Below are positions 18,070 through 28,512 of a stretch of 64,000 nt of DNA, one piece after another. The DNA comes from Candidatus Latescibacterota bacterium (GTDB lineage Bacteria > Latescibacterota > UBA2968 > UBA8231). Position 1 is the stretch's first letter, and every line of letters starts with the position of its first letter. The position numbers and the translations under genes are program-made. The stretch is from positions 672,001 through 736,000 of the forward strand of contig CBDFJF010000001.1 of NCBI GenBank assembly GCA_965248265.1, written 5' to 3'. Below the pieces are notes generated by a model. The model was not told the DNA's origin. It ran no database searches and saw nothing but the letters and a program-made list of their open reading frames with translations.

Positions 18070-21000
18070 GTGAAGGATGAAGTCCCCATTGCGCTGTCTC
18101 TGTCCGGTGACGCGCGGATCGAGAGACTGCTCGAAGACGCCGTCGTCATCCCGGCCTTCACCTGCCGGCTGGACGGCTTCACGAACGACACGGTCACCGA
18201 GTACGCGAATGCCTCCGTCATCCGGCCGCCGTCCGTGTGCCGGGCCGGTCTCGTCAGCGAGCTGCGCGACGTCGTCCGCTCCCGCCGGCGGGGCAGGTAC
18301 TACCTCGGGTTCACGATGTACGCCGCCGCCGGCGCCGATGAAGCCGTCGACATCTGGATCGGGCACCGGTGTGTGGCCCGCGCGGCGCTGGCGGACCCCG
18401 ACAACCGCCTGCATCTGTTTTTTGCGCCCGAGAAGTTTGACTTCAAGGGGGGCGAACCGATCCGGTTGGTGACGAATGAGACTCGGGGCCCGTGCAGAAT
18501 CGAGAACGTAGTTCTGCTCGCCAGGAAGCCCCGTGGCGGCGGCGACGGGCTGAAGGTCGTGGCGCCCGCGGTGGATGTCCGCACTGATGGGGAGAGGCCG
18601 GTCGCCTACGTCACCTGGCGGACGAATCGCCCGGCGTCGGGCCGCCTGCGCTGGGGGCTGAAGGGGGCGAAGAAGAAGACGGTGCTCCTGCGGACCGCAT
18701 TGTCGAACCACGAGGTGGTGATCGGCAATCCGGCGGCCGGCGACTATGTGTACGAAGTCGATCTCGCGGACCGCTCGCGACGGCTCGAGGCACAGTATTC
18801 GGGTTCGTTTCGCGTGCGTCCGCCCAGAAAACACTCGGGGATTGAGAAGGGCCGTTTTCCCCTCGAGGTTGCCCAGCGATGTGAGCGCGCCTGGCCGGTG
18901 AGCGTGGGAGTGCCTTTCAAGAGAGGGACGGTCTCGAACATCGGCTCGATTCGCGTCATCGACTCATCGAAACGCGCATTGCCGACCCAGGTGGCGGCGC
19001 AGACCCGTTGGGACGATGGCTCGATCCAGTGGGCGCTCCTCGACTTCGAGAGCGACGGAGTTTCAGACTGTGCGGTCGAATTCGGGAAGTCGGTGCGCAA
19101 CGACACCCCTGGGGGAGTGCGAGTGCGCTCGTCGAGAAGACATGTCGAGGTCGTGACAGGGCCGCTCCAGGTCCGCATTCCGCGCGATCGGACCGTGATC
19201 CCCGGGCTGGTCGAAGTGCTGGAGGACGGCTCCCGCCGCTCGATGGGAGAGGCGACGGCGGTCACCGTCGTCGACGCCGATGGACGCGCCTATCGCAGCG
19301 GCGCGCCCGATTCGGTGACGGTTGAGGCCAGCGGCCCGGTGAGGGCTACCGTCTGCCTGGAGGTAACCCACCGGAGTCGCGGCGGGCGCGCATGCCTCCG
19401 GTCGGTCTTCCGGCTGCATTTCTTTGCCGGCAGCCGCCGCGTCAGGGTCGAGCACACGTTCGTGAACGACGTGTCGGACCGCGATTTCGAGCGGGTCCAG
19501 GCGTTGTCGCTCCGCATCCCCGTCGAGGTCGGCAACGTGCGGACATTGCAGGGCAAGGGCTGGCGGTCGCGAGCTGCCCGTGCGCGCATCGAGCAGCTCG
19601 AGGACGACCGCTTCGATCTCTACGAGGCGAGCGGCGTGCGCACGCGCGTGCAGCGGGTAGGTGGCGGCCGCCGGAGCAACGGGGCTGCATCCGTCACCGG
19701 TGATCGAGAGAGCGTGTCGGTGGCCGTCCGCGACTTCTGGCAGAATTACCCCAAAGCGCTGACTCTGGCGCGGGATTCGATCTTCGTCGAGATCCTCCCG
19801 CCCCTGGATTCGTCCCGCTACCCGCGGGGCGGTGAGCTGGAAGACCGGCTCTACTACTACCTGCTCGATGGGCACTACAAGCTTCGCAAGGGGCTCTCTC
19901 GCACCTCCGAGTTCTGGATTTCCTACGGGCAGGGCGAGGCGGCAGAACTCGCCGCCGCCGTGGCGTCTCCTCCCATCTACCGCGCCCCCCTGTCGCACTT
20001 CAACGACAGCGACGCCTGGACCCGTTTCCCGCCCAAGGACCCGTCTCCGCGACCGGAGTACGAGGAGTGGGTGGCGGCCGCCCGCGACGTCTACGAAAAG
20101 GACAGACAGACTACGCGCGCCTACGGCATGCTCAACTACGGAGACTGGTACGGCGAGGGGACATACAACTGGGGCAACATGGAGTACGACACCCCGCGGT
20201 GTTTCCTGCAGGAGTTCATCCGCGGCGGTGACGTGTCGTTCTTCCGCTGGGCCGATGAAGCGGCCAGCCACCTCGTCGACGTCGACACGTGCCACGCCGA
20301 TGGCGGTCCGATCCCGAAGCATTCACAGTACCTGCATTGCGTCGGTCACGTCGGCGGGTACTACCCCGAAGGGTACCGGTCAGCGATGTTCTCGACGCTG
20401 ACGATGCCGTCGCACACCTGGGTCGAAGGCCTGTTCCTCCACTCCCTGCTGACCGGCGACCGCAGAATCCGCGACAGCGCTATCGCCGTCTCCGAAGCCC
20501 TGGTCGGCGACATGGTCAACGACTACGACTTCACCAACTGCCGCGAATGCGGCTGGCACCTCATCCACCTGTCCGCCGCCTACCGGGCCACCGGGCGGCG
20601 CGTCTTCCTGAACGGCGCCCGCATCATCGTCGATCGCGTGCTCGAGCGGCAGCGCTCGTCAGGCGGCTGGGACCGGCTGATGGTGCCCGGCCACTGCCAC
20701 TGCGATCCGCCCCGGCACACCGGCAACGCGGGCTTCATGGTCGGCGTCCTGATGGTCGGGCTCAAGCGCTTTCACGAGGCCACCGGAGACGCCAGAGTGA
20801 GCGGCGCGATCGTCAGGGCAGCCGACTATTGCATCGAAGCCATGTGGGTGCCGGAAAGCCGCGCCTTCCGATACACGTGCTGCCCGTCGTCCTACGTGCA
20901 CCCTGCCGACATGGGAATGCTCAAAGGGATCGCCGCGGCGTACCAGTTCACCGGCGCAGAGCGTTTCAAGCAAATCCTGCTCGCCGGCGTGGAGACGGCG

Positions 21001-21105
21001 ATCGGCGGCAGGCGACCGCGGCCTCACCGGGGCGCGGGCAAGAGCATCTGCATGCCGATGCGCGGCGCCCTGCAGGTGATCGCTTCGCTGCCGGACGAGA
21101 CGTGA
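18070..21105 (+). CDS. exo-rhamnogalacturonan lyase-like (PcRGLX/YetA family) protein
   Basis: WPVSVGVPF, RWDDGSIQWALLDF, VRDFWQNYPK and YGMLNYGDW..WGNMEYD motifs; (alpha/alpha)-barrel-like C-terminus. Confidence 0.7.
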   Translation: MKDEVPIALSLSGDARIERLLEDAVVIPAFTCRLDGFTNDTVTEYANASVIRPPSVCRAGLVSELRDVVRSRRRGRYYLGFTMYAAAGADEAVDIWIGHRCVARAALADPDNRLHLFFAPEKFDFKGGEPIRLVTNETRGPCRIENVVLLARKPRGGGDGLKVVAPAVDVRTDGERPVAYVTWRTNRPASGRLRWGLKGAKKKTVLLRTALSNHEVVIGNPAAGDYVYEVDLADRSRRLEAQYSGSFRVRPPRKHSGIEKGRFPLEVAQRCERAWPVSVGVPFKRGTVSNIGSIRVIDSSKRALPTQVAAQTRWDDGSIQWALLDFESDGVSDCAVEFGKSVRNDTPGGVRVRSSRRHVEVVTGPLQVRIPRDRTVIPGLVEVLEDGSRRSMGEATAVTVVDADGRAYRSGAPDSVTVEASGPVRATVCLEVTHRSRGGRACLRSVFRLHFFAGSRRVRVEHTFVNDVSDRDFERVQALSLRIPVEVGNVRTLQGKGWRSRAARARIEQLEDDRFDLYEASGVRTRVQRVGGGRRSNGAASVTGDRESVSVAVRDFWQNYPKALTLARDSIFVEILPPLDSSRYPRGGELEDRLYYYLLDGHYKLRKGLSRTSEFWISYGQGEAAELAAAVASPPIYRAPLSHFNDSDAWTRFPPKDPSPRPEYEEWVAAARDVYEKDRQTTRAYGMLNYGDWYGEGTYNWGNMEYDTPRCFLQEFIRGGDVSFFRWADEAASHLVDVDTCHADGGPIPKHSQYLHCVGHVGGYYPEGYRSAMFSTLTMPSHTWVEGLFLHSLLTGDRRIRDSAIAVSEALVGDMVNDYDFTNCRECGWHLIHLSAAYRATGRRVFLNGARIIVDRVLERQRSSGGWDRLMVPGHCHCDPPRHTGNAGFMVGVLMVGLKRFHEATGDARVSGAIVRAADYCIEAMWVPESRAFRYTCCPSSYVHPADMGMLKGIAAAYQFTGAERFKQILLAGVETAIGGRRPRPHRGAGKSICMPMRGALQVIASLPDET

Positions 21106-21112
21106 CTGCGAG

Positions 21113-22321
21113 ATGAAGAAAATAGCCGCCATCATCACCGTCTTCTTCCGCGGCTCCCATGCCGACGTCATCGTCCCGAAGTTCGTGCTCGGCTTTCCCA
21201 CGGACGAGGGACTGCTCGCGCCCCGGGTCGAGGTCGTCTCCCTCTACATCGACCAGTTCCCCGAAAGGGACGTCGGCAGAGCATTCGCAGCCGAGCACGA
21301 CATCCCCATCTACCATAGCATCTCCGCGGCCCTCAAACGCGGTGGCGGCGAGCTGGATGTCGACGGCGTCCTCCTGATCGGCGAGCACGGCGATTACGCC
21401 TGGAACGAGAAACAGCAGCAGCTCTTCCCGCGCCGCTATTTCATGGAGCAGATCTGCGGCGTCATGGCCACGAGCGGCCGCGCGGTGCCCGTGTTCAACG
21501 ACAAGCACCTCTCTTACAACTGGCACGACGCCCGCTGGATGTACGACCGGGCGCGGGCCCTGGAAGCGCCCTTCATGGCCGGATCATCGCTGCCCGTGGC
21601 CTGGCGTAACCCGTGGCTGGAGCACGAGATGGACACGGAGCTGGAAGAGGCCATCGCCATCGGCTTCTCCGGGTTGGACATCTACGGCTTCCACACGCTC
21701 GAGGTGCTCCAATGCATGGTGGAACGCCGGCGCGGCGGTGAAACCGGAGTGCGCGCGGTGACCTGCCTCGAAGGGGATGCCGTCTGGCACGCCGCGGAGG
21801 AGGGCGTCTGGTCCCGCGAGCTGGGCGAGGCCGCGTGCGCCGCCATCGTTTCCAAACCCTCAGGCTCGATGGAAGAGCACTGCGACCATCCGGCGCTGTT
21901 CTCCGTCGAATACCGCGATCGCTTCAGGGGATCCGTGCTGATGCTGAACGGGTATGTAACCGATCTGGCCTACGCCTGCCGCGAGGCGGACGGCGAGATC
22001 TCCGCGACGGAGTTCCATTGTCAGGGCCACGGTCCGGGGGGACCGCACGCCCACTTCAGCTATCTCGGACTCAACATCGAGGAGATGTTCCTCAGCGGCA
22101 CCGCTGGCTATCCCGTGGAGCGCACGCTGTTGACCAGCGGCGTGCTCGAGGCGGCCCTGACGTCTCGTCACGAGGGCTACCGGCGAATTCAGACGGACTG
22201 GCTCGACGTCGAGTACCGCTCGCACGAGCGCCTGCGCTGGCGTCCGACGGCGCCTCGCCCGGGCGGAGCTTGTCTCGACGCGTGGCCGCCGACACGCAGC
22301 TTGGAGAAGGAGCAGGCATGA
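21113..22321 (+). CDS. conserved hypothetical protein, Gfo/Idh/MocA oxidoreductase-like
   Basis: VDGVLLIGEHGDY, PVFNDKHL, MAGSSLP and YGFHTLE motifs; operonic with its neighbours. Confidence 0.75.
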   Translation: MKKIAAIITVFFRGSHADVIVPKFVLGFPTDEGLLAPRVEVVSLYIDQFPERDVGRAFAAEHDIPIYHSISAALKRGGGELDVDGVLLIGEHGDYAWNEKQQQLFPRRYFMEQICGVMATSGRAVPVFNDKHLSYNWHDARWMYDRARALEAPFMAGSSLPVAWRNPWLEHEMDTELEEAIAIGFSGLDIYGFHTLEVLQCMVERRRGGETGVRAVTCLEGDAVWHAAEEGVWSRELGEAACAAIVSKPSGSMEEHCDHPALFSVEYRDRFRGSVLMLNGYVTDLAYACREADGEISATEFHCQGHGPGGPHAHFSYLGLNIEEMFLSGTAGYPVERTLLTSGVLEAALTSRHEGYRRIQTDWLDVEYRSHERLRWRPTAPRPGGACLDAWPPTRSLEKEQA

Positions 22322-23655
22322 GCGACAACAAGATCGTCCTGGTCGGCGGCGGCAGTTGCGGCTGGATCCCGAAGATCGTCAAGGACATGATGCTGACCGA
22401 GTCCATCGCTGACTCGCGCTTCGTCCTCTACGACATCGACAGAAAGGCGGCCGAGCTCGTCGCCGCGGTCCTGGAGAAGCTCAATGGGAGCTTGAAGACG
22501 GGAGCGACCTTCGTCCCGACGGACGACAGGCAGGCGGCTTTCGAGGGCGCCGACTACTTCGTCATCACCATCTCGACCGGCGGCCTGGACGCCATGGCCC
22601 ACGACCTGGCGATACCGGAGGAGTACGGCATCTACCACACCGTCGGCGACACTTCTGGACCGGGAGGATGGGCCCGCACCGTGCGCAACTTCAGCGTCTT
22701 CGAGTCGCTCGCGGAGGATTTCAACACCTACGCCAGTGGCGCGGTTGTGCTCAATTATACGAACCCCCTGACCACACTCACGGATGTCCTCTCACGACTG
22801 TGCCACGGTCCCGTCCTCGGACTGTGCCACGGTCTCTTCGAGAACATCCACAAGCTCATGGACATCTACGGGATCGAGGAGGAAGAGGAAATCGCCGTCA
22901 GCTACGGTGGCCTCAACCACTTCTTCTGGATCACCGAGGCCCGCACCAGAGACATCGACATCTTCACCGACCTGCGGGACAGGGTCGCTGAGGAAGGGCT
23001 CACGAGCATCCTCGAGCAGGCGGCTCAGAGAACCGGCAAACCGGCAGAGCCCCGCGAGCTGGCGACGGCGCTCTTCAACGAGACCGGGGCCGTCCCGTAT
23101 TTTGGTGATCGGCACACCTGCGAATTCTTCCCCTGCTACATCACCAGTCCCGAGGCGATGGAGCGGTACAAACTGGTGCGGACGACGGTCGACGAACGCC
23201 GGAAGGGCCTCCGTGAACGGCGGGAGAGGTTAGTAGAATTGACCGACGGCGAGATCCCGGACGAATACTTCGTGCGCAGCCGCGAGACGGCCGCCGACAT
23301 CATATCCGCCCACGCCACCGGCGGCGTCTTCATCGACGTCGGCAACGTCCCCAACCAGGGCCAGATCGCCAACCTCCCCGCCGGCACCATCGTCGAGACC
23401 GCCGTGCGCGTGGACCGGAACGGGTTTTCGCCGATCTGCTTTGGGCCCTTGCCCGACTCCGTGCTCCCGGCCGTCGAGCCGTATGCCCACCTGTTCGGCC
23501 AGGTGATCGAGGCCTGTTTCCGCAAGGACCGGAAGATGGCGTTGCAGGCATTGCGGATGGATCCTGTGTGCTCCCACCTCACCGGCGACCGCGTCGTCGA
23601 GCTGGGCGAGCGCCTTCTGAAAGCGCATGAGGCCTTCGTGCCGGCACTCAGATGA
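22318..23655 (+). CDS. glycoside hydrolase family 4 (NAD-dependent alpha-glucosidase/galactosidase)
   Basis: KIVLVGGGS, GDTSGPGG, LNYTNP, GLCHG and GLNHFFW motifs; ATGA overlap with the upstream gene. Confidence 0.92.
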   Translation: MSDNKIVLVGGGSCGWIPKIVKDMMLTESIADSRFVLYDIDRKAAELVAAVLEKLNGSLKTGATFVPTDDRQAAFEGADYFVITISTGGLDAMAHDLAIPEEYGIYHTVGDTSGPGGWARTVRNFSVFESLAEDFNTYASGAVVLNYTNPLTTLTDVLSRLCHGPVLGLCHGLFENIHKLMDIYGIEEEEEIAVSYGGLNHFFWITEARTRDIDIFTDLRDRVAEEGLTSILEQAAQRTGKPAEPRELATALFNETGAVPYFGDRHTCEFFPCYITSPEAMERYKLVRTTVDERRKGLRERRERLVELTDGEIPDEYFVRSRETAADIISAHATGGVFIDVGNVPNQGQIANLPAGTIVETAVRVDRNGFSPICFGPLPDSVLPAVEPYAHLFGQVIEACFRKDRKMALQALRMDPVCSHLTGDRVVELGERLLKAHEAFVPALR

Positions 23656-23944
23656 AGGCAGCGAGCGCGGGCGCACGACTGATGGCCGCTGAGATGTCCT
23701 CGAAGGAGTCGCCGGCCGGCGGAGGCGGCGCTACATCGCTTTGAAGTATGCGGCGCGGCCGACCACCGACGCACACGTTGAGTCCTTGAGGATGTGGTCT
23801 CCGAGCGTGTTCAGGCCCGAGGCGGTGCTCTTGAACAGCGATCGGCCGCGCATTCGGGGTCTGGTGGCAGATCTCGTGGAGCTGGGAAGAACGGATTAGC
23901 ACTCGCGGCCCCCGCAACGCGAATGGCAGCCGCTCGCCGACCAT

Positions 23945-25983
23945 GTTGAGTAGCCGGGGCTAGTCACCTAGCCCCAGCCCTCACCAGAGCCCAGCGAGCA
24001 GATTTCCCGCACTGGGCTCCTCCGTTAACACGTCTCGCGGTTAAGAAAACCAGATCGATACGACAATTCGAGGTTGCGGTAGCGGATACTGCCGAAGTAA
24101 GCCTCGATAGTATCTCGCCCATGTGAGGCGCGATCGCTGGCTACGGCGATTGAGCCACTTGTACCACGCCATCACTGCTGCGGATGTGAATAGGCTTACG
24201 CTGCGCCCATTCCCACTAATACCGAAGTAGTTGATGTGGCCCCGGATGCGTCGTACGAGGTCAGCGTGTTGCTCGGGGATCGGCCAATGGCGGTGTCGAC
24301 GACAGAGTCGATATAGCGCCTGTACTGATCGCCTGAGCCGATCACGCCGCGTCTTGCTCGTCAGCACCCATCGCCCCGTCCGGGCCCGTTGCCAATACCA
24401 CGTGAAGCCCAGAAAGTCGAAGGTACCTGGCCCCTTGCCCTTGATCTGCGCCTGTGATGGCCGCTCAAAAGGGATGAGCCGGGTCTTGTCCGGCTGCAGG
24501 GTCAGTCCGTATTTGTTCAGCCGCTTGCTCAGCACTTCCATCACCCGCTCTGCATCCTCCGGCAGTTCGAAACCAATGATGAAATCATCGGCGTATCGGA
24601 CCAACGTTGCTCTACGACGCAACCGCGGTCTGATCTCGACTTCAAACCACTCATCAAGGACATGATGCAGGTAAAGGTTGCCAAGCAGCGGCGACAAACA
24701 GGAGCCCTGTGCGGTGCCACGGTCCGGCGTCGAAAATTCCGCACCGTCCAGCACCCCAACGTGCAAGCACTTCCCTACGAGTCGGGTGATCGACCCATCG
24801 GGAATCCGCTCCTGGAGAAACTCCATCAGCTTGGATCGATCCAAACTGTCGAAGTAGGATTGGATATCCGCCTCCAGAATGACCTTCGCCTCCCCGTTCA
24901 TCACCACCCGATTCAACACCTTCAGGGCGTCATGGGCACTCCGTCCCGGCCGGAAGCCATATGAGCAGTCACGAAAATCCTGCTCGTAGACCGCCGCCAA
25001 CACCTCGCGTAACGCTTCCTGGACAATCTTGTCCTCGAAGCACGAGATGCCGATGGGACGGGTCTTCTTACCCTTACCGTCCTTGGGGATGTGGACTCTG
25101 CGAATGGGCTGGTGGCGCCACCGCTTACTGCGAAGCCGCTGGTGCAGATCCTGCAGATTGCTCTCCAGATCCTGCCCATACTGCTCCTTGGTCACGCCAT
25201 CCACCCCCACTGCGGCGCTCGGCTTTTGATGGTCGAACGCCCTCCGCAGCGCATCTACATCGATCAGGTGTGCGAGCGAGTGAAACTTGGCCTGCGGCTC
25301 TCGTCTCGCTCTTTCCGCTACTTCCAAAAGTCCCGGTGACATGGACTCCGAAGTCAATGCATCGGTCATGGTGCCCTCCTGAAGTTCGTATCAACACGGA
25401 CCGCCTTGGCTCCGCCGGGTCCGGTGCCAACCGTTCCCCGACTTCACAGCTACTACACGGTCCTCCGACTCCCTTACTCCGTCGGCCGCCGCTCCGGTTC
25501 CCCTCGCAAGCGACCTACCACGGTGCCCACGCTTGTTCTTGTTCGGCCACGCATGCGTGTGCTGACGCGCGGCGCGTCGGAGACTTCATCACCGGCTCTC
25601 CCGATCACCGGAATCTCCCGTGGAGAGACAAGGGCCTCCCAGGTTGCTGGATCATCCTCTGCGAGCGTGCCCTGGTCGTATCACACCCCGCCGGGGTGTC
25701 ATCGCCTCGCCCAATAGCGCCGACAACACTGCTGCCTTCAGGTACAACGGCACCCTCGGCTATCCCGGAACGTTCTGCATTTCAGGGCCGCCAATCGCAC
25801 GGCCCGCTCGCTCGCTGCCCTACTGCTTCGCCCGTCCCGTTACCGGGACGCACGCAAGGGCTCGCTTCTGGCCTGCTGGGCTCAGCTCTAGCCAGGCGGG
25901 CTTTGCACCCGCGGGACGACTAACCGTATTTCAAGAAGTATCACCTCCTTCTATTCCAACAGACCAGCCTAGCCTGGTCGCAT
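23945..25983 (-). mobile_element. group II intron, copy 1 (2,039 bp)
   Basis: Domain V GAGCCCAGTGCGGGAAATCTGCTCGCTGGGCTC, domain VI with bulged A, 3' end CTACTCAAC, 5' end ATGCGACC and an RT ORF. Confidence 0.93.
24041..25369 (-). CDS. ltrA: group II intron reverse transcriptase/maturase (no endonuclease domain)
   Basis: GVDGVT, IPK, R.IGI, SYGFRPGR, GT.QG, YADD and FDFLGF motifs plus X domain; ends without an HNH domain. Confidence 0.95.
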   Translation of the reverse strand: MTDALTSESMSPGLLEVAERARREPQAKFHSLAHLIDVDALRRAFDHQKPSAAVGVDGVTKEQYGQDLESNLQDLHQRLRSKRWRHQPIRRVHIPKDGKGKKTRPIGISCFEDKIVQEALREVLAAVYEQDFRDCSYGFRPGRSAHDALKVLNRVVMNGEAKVILEADIQSYFDSLDRSKLMEFLQERIPDGSITRLVGKCLHVGVLDGAEFSTPDRGTAQGSCLSPLLGNLYLHHVLDEWFEVEIRPRLRRRATLVRYADDFIIGFELPEDAERVMEVLSKRLNKYGLTLQPDKTRLIPFERPSQAQIKGKGPGTFDFLGFTWYWQRARTGRWVLTSKTRRDRLRRSVQALYRLCRRHRHWPIPEQHADLVRRIRGHINYFGISGNGRSVSLFTSAAVMAWYKWLNRRSQRSRLTWARYYRGLLRQYPLPQPRIVVSIWFS

Positions 25984-26213
25984 CCGTTGTAGCAGTGCGA
26001 TAACCGGTCGCGCATTGGCCGTCACCATTGCGAAGATGCGACGCAGAATCAGCCAATGTCAGCCAAGTTGACACAGGGCCAGCGTCCGGGATTCCTTAAT
26101 AGGAGCTACGAATCAAGCTCTGAGAGCACGCCATGGCGTTCTTGGCGCCCTGGTCGGAATGAGGCAGCACCAACATGGACTTCTGAAATGTTCAGTTTTG
26201 ATGGGCGGGAGAT

Positions 26214-26735
26214 ATGACGACAGGCGGACTCGTCATCCGCGCGTTTGCGCCTCACGATTGGGTTGCGCTCTGCGAGTTGTACGAACCGGCTGCTAGGAGC
26301 GAAATGGCGTTGTCGGGTACTGACCCCCGAGCCTTCAGACCGTTGCCGGAGGAGGAGGACCTGGAGGAGTTCCAGCGCCTCAATACAGCGATGGTTGCTT
26401 GGATTGATGACCGGATAGTCGGATTCGTTGCGTGGCGAGATCGTGGAGAGTGGCGCGGGGGCGGCTACCTGTCCTGGCTCTACGTCGATCCGCCATACCA
26501 CCGAAGTGGCATTGGGGATCGCCTGATGGCGGAGGCGATGGCTGCGCTCGGGGAGCAGGCGTGGACACTGACCAAGCTGGGAAACGTCCCGGCAATTAAC
26601 CTCTACCAGAAACACGGGATGCGGATCGTAAGATCTCGACCATCAGATACTTTGGGCTGTCCCCACATTGAGCTCCGGCTCGCCTTGCCGACTAGTCGGA
26701 AGTTTGACCCTGACGTGCCAAATTTCGGCGCGTGA
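26214..26735 (+). CDS. GNAT family acetyltransferase
   Basis: LYVDPPYHRSGIGDRLM and N..AINLYQKHG motifs. Confidence 0.85.
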   Translation: MTTGGLVIRAFAPHDWVALCELYEPAARSEMALSGTDPRAFRPLPEEEDLEEFQRLNTAMVAWIDDRIVGFVAWRDRGEWRGGGYLSWLYVDPPYHRSGIGDRLMAEAMAALGEQAWTLTKLGNVPAINLYQKHGMRIVRSRPSDTLGCPHIELRLALPTSRKFDPDVPNFGA

Positions 26736-27014
26736 TGTCGCGAGTCGAACAATTCGACCCAGGTCTATGATCGATTTACCCGTCGACGCCGCCATTCAGC
26801 CAGTCAATACCATGCGTCGCTGACGCTGCGTCCTAAGCAAGTAGATGCGCTTCGTAGCTTCGTCAGGCTGTAGCGGCACCTACGTGCACGTCGGATTTCC
26901 AGTGTGATTACCGGATCCGCGAGGAAGCGATACGAATGATTCTTGCCTTGTACCGGGTAGCCCCAAGGGCTGGTGATTGCGAGGCTACTTAGGTGGAATG
27001 AAAGGAGAGTTTTC

Positions 27015-27629
27015 ATGAGGTGGTTGATTTTCATAGTGGCTTTTTCAGCATCATCGGCTTTTGCCGAGTCAGACGACTCAATGGGGCACTTGATGAACCA
27101 GCCGATGGCGGTGTGGGATTCTGGCATGGATCAACTAGGTGAATTCTTGGAGCAGCAAAAGACCCTGATCGTCCCCCACACGCCTGATGGCCATCTCGAG
27201 ATCCTTGATGAGTTTGATGAGGGATATCCCCACACAGTCTGGAGTGTCGTCCGCGTGGGCTACCGGTCGGATGAGAACCGCATCGGGATTTCGTATATGC
27301 TGGTATCCGAGTCACCATTCCCGTTGGAGCTGGCAAAAGTTGCGGTTAGGACAGTAGTCGACGGTGCGAAGGCCTTTTTGAGTGTCAGGTCAGACGGTGG
27401 TGCGGTGGTTCTGCCAGGGAGATTTCGGCGCAGAGTGGCGGAGTTCTTCGAGATTCACGCCGCCGACAATCCCAGCCTGACCGGGGAATTGGTTGAGGCC
27501 TTTGACCAGATGACTACCATTCACGTCACTTTCTTGCATCCAGACCGACGATCTATCATCCTCGAAGCTCAGTCGCCCCTACTCGGTACCGATATCCACT
27601 GGCTGGAAATCCCTGAAAAACAGAGCTGA
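27015..27629 (+). CDS. secreted hypothetical protein (paralog of 5367-5870)
   Basis: AAGGAG RBS, signal peptide MRWLIFIVAFSASSAFA, LMNQPMAVWDSG motif and C-terminal SPLLG.DI. Confidence 0.7.
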   Translation: MRWLIFIVAFSASSAFAESDDSMGHLMNQPMAVWDSGMDQLGEFLEQQKTLIVPHTPDGHLEILDEFDEGYPHTVWSVVRVGYRSDENRIGISYMLVSESPFPLELAKVAVRTVVDGAKAFLSVRSDGGAVVLPGRFRRRVAEFFEIHAADNPSLTGELVEAFDQMTTIHVTFLHPDRRSIILEAQSPLLGTDIHWLEIPEKQS

Positions 27630-27801
27630 GTCAATATTCTTTGACAGCCCTTGAGAGCCAGAGGTTGTCCACGGTAATCAGATTGGAAGAGCGATTACCG
27701 CCATATTGGGTCGAAAGACGCCGTAGCCACAGATATCTGGGGATTGAAGGCATCCCGTTGAAACAGGAACGGCACGCCGATGTCTGCGCGACGAATTCGC
27801 T

Positions 27802-28260
27802 TTGATCAGGAGCAGCATGATGAGTGACCAGAACCAGCATTTTCACTACCGCAAAATACCCCAGATGGGAGAAGAGGCCCTCGGCGATTGGCTCTACCCC
27901 AATGCCCTTTACGGCGGCGGCTGTTGCGCCGGTGACCGAGCCTGCATCCAAATAGAGGGAAAGACCGAAGACTCTCTGGAACTGGTGAGCACGTTCTATT
28001 GGCGCAAATGCGGTTTTGACGGCGAACCCAAGGAAGCGACGTCCACCTGCGCCCTGGAAGGGAACAGACCCTGGTTCATGTTCCGGGCTCCTTACGAAAC
28101 CGCCGGTGGCGCGCAGGTTCGGGTCATCACCCACATCACCTCGGAGCGCTCGATCACTGTCGTTGCCATGCCCAGCGCCGAAGAGGGTTGGGTTCACCTA
28201 GATATCACCCGCGTCCCACACCAGAGCACATGGTGGAACGATCCTGACCCTGAGAGCTGA
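27802..28260 (+). CDS. hypothetical protein
   Basis: AGGAG RBS before ATG near 27818; followed by a terminator. Confidence 0.55.
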   Translation: MIRSSMMSDQNQHFHYRKIPQMGEEALGDWLYPNALYGGGCCAGDRACIQIEGKTEDSLELVSTFYWRKCGFDGEPKEATSTCALEGNRPWFMFRAPYETAGGAQVRVITHITSERSITVVAMPSAEEGWVHLDITRVPHQSTWWNDPDPES

Positions 28261-28275
28261 AATCGCCCGAAGTAG

Positions 28276-28312
28276 AAACCCTCCCGGATCGTAGTGCTCC
28301 GGGAGGGTTTTT
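28276..28312 (+). terminator. rho-independent terminator
   Basis: AAACCCTCCCGGA-loop-TCCGGGAGGGTTTTT. Confidence 0.8.
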
Positions 28313-28512
28313 CCTGGCGGCAGGACCTCTCATACCGGTAATCGGTTTGATGGTCCGACGGTCACTTCCCTCGCGCCGGTTGCGTTGGCCGAAGGATTCG
28401 GCCGCCAGCGGCTTGGTGGTGGAGCTCGGTGCAGCGCGGCTCTTCAGCGTTCCAACCGGGTTGCAGTACGGCGATCCGCACCGGCCAAGCCTGACGAGGT
28501 AGTGGAGGAGTG

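Noticed and set aside
19063-20322. Long antisense ORFs (also 57391-58476, 35365-36231, 39895-40629)
   Set aside because: Opposite-strand shadows of well-supported genes in GC-rich DNA.
21835-22317. N-terminal extension of the GH4 ORF (606 aa)
   Set aside because: It overlaps the upstream gene out of frame. The real start is ATG 22318, with an AAGGAG RBS and an ATGA overlap.
24041-25369. RT as part of a DGR, retron or defence RT system
   Set aside because: It sits inside a complete group II intron with domains V and VI and a maturase domain. No TR/VR pair with A-specific mismatches or msr-msd was seen.
24961-25923. 320-aa plus-strand ORF (and its twin at 54111-55073)
   Set aside because: Antisense to the intron RNA and RT, Pro/Arg-rich and without motifs: a shadow ORF.
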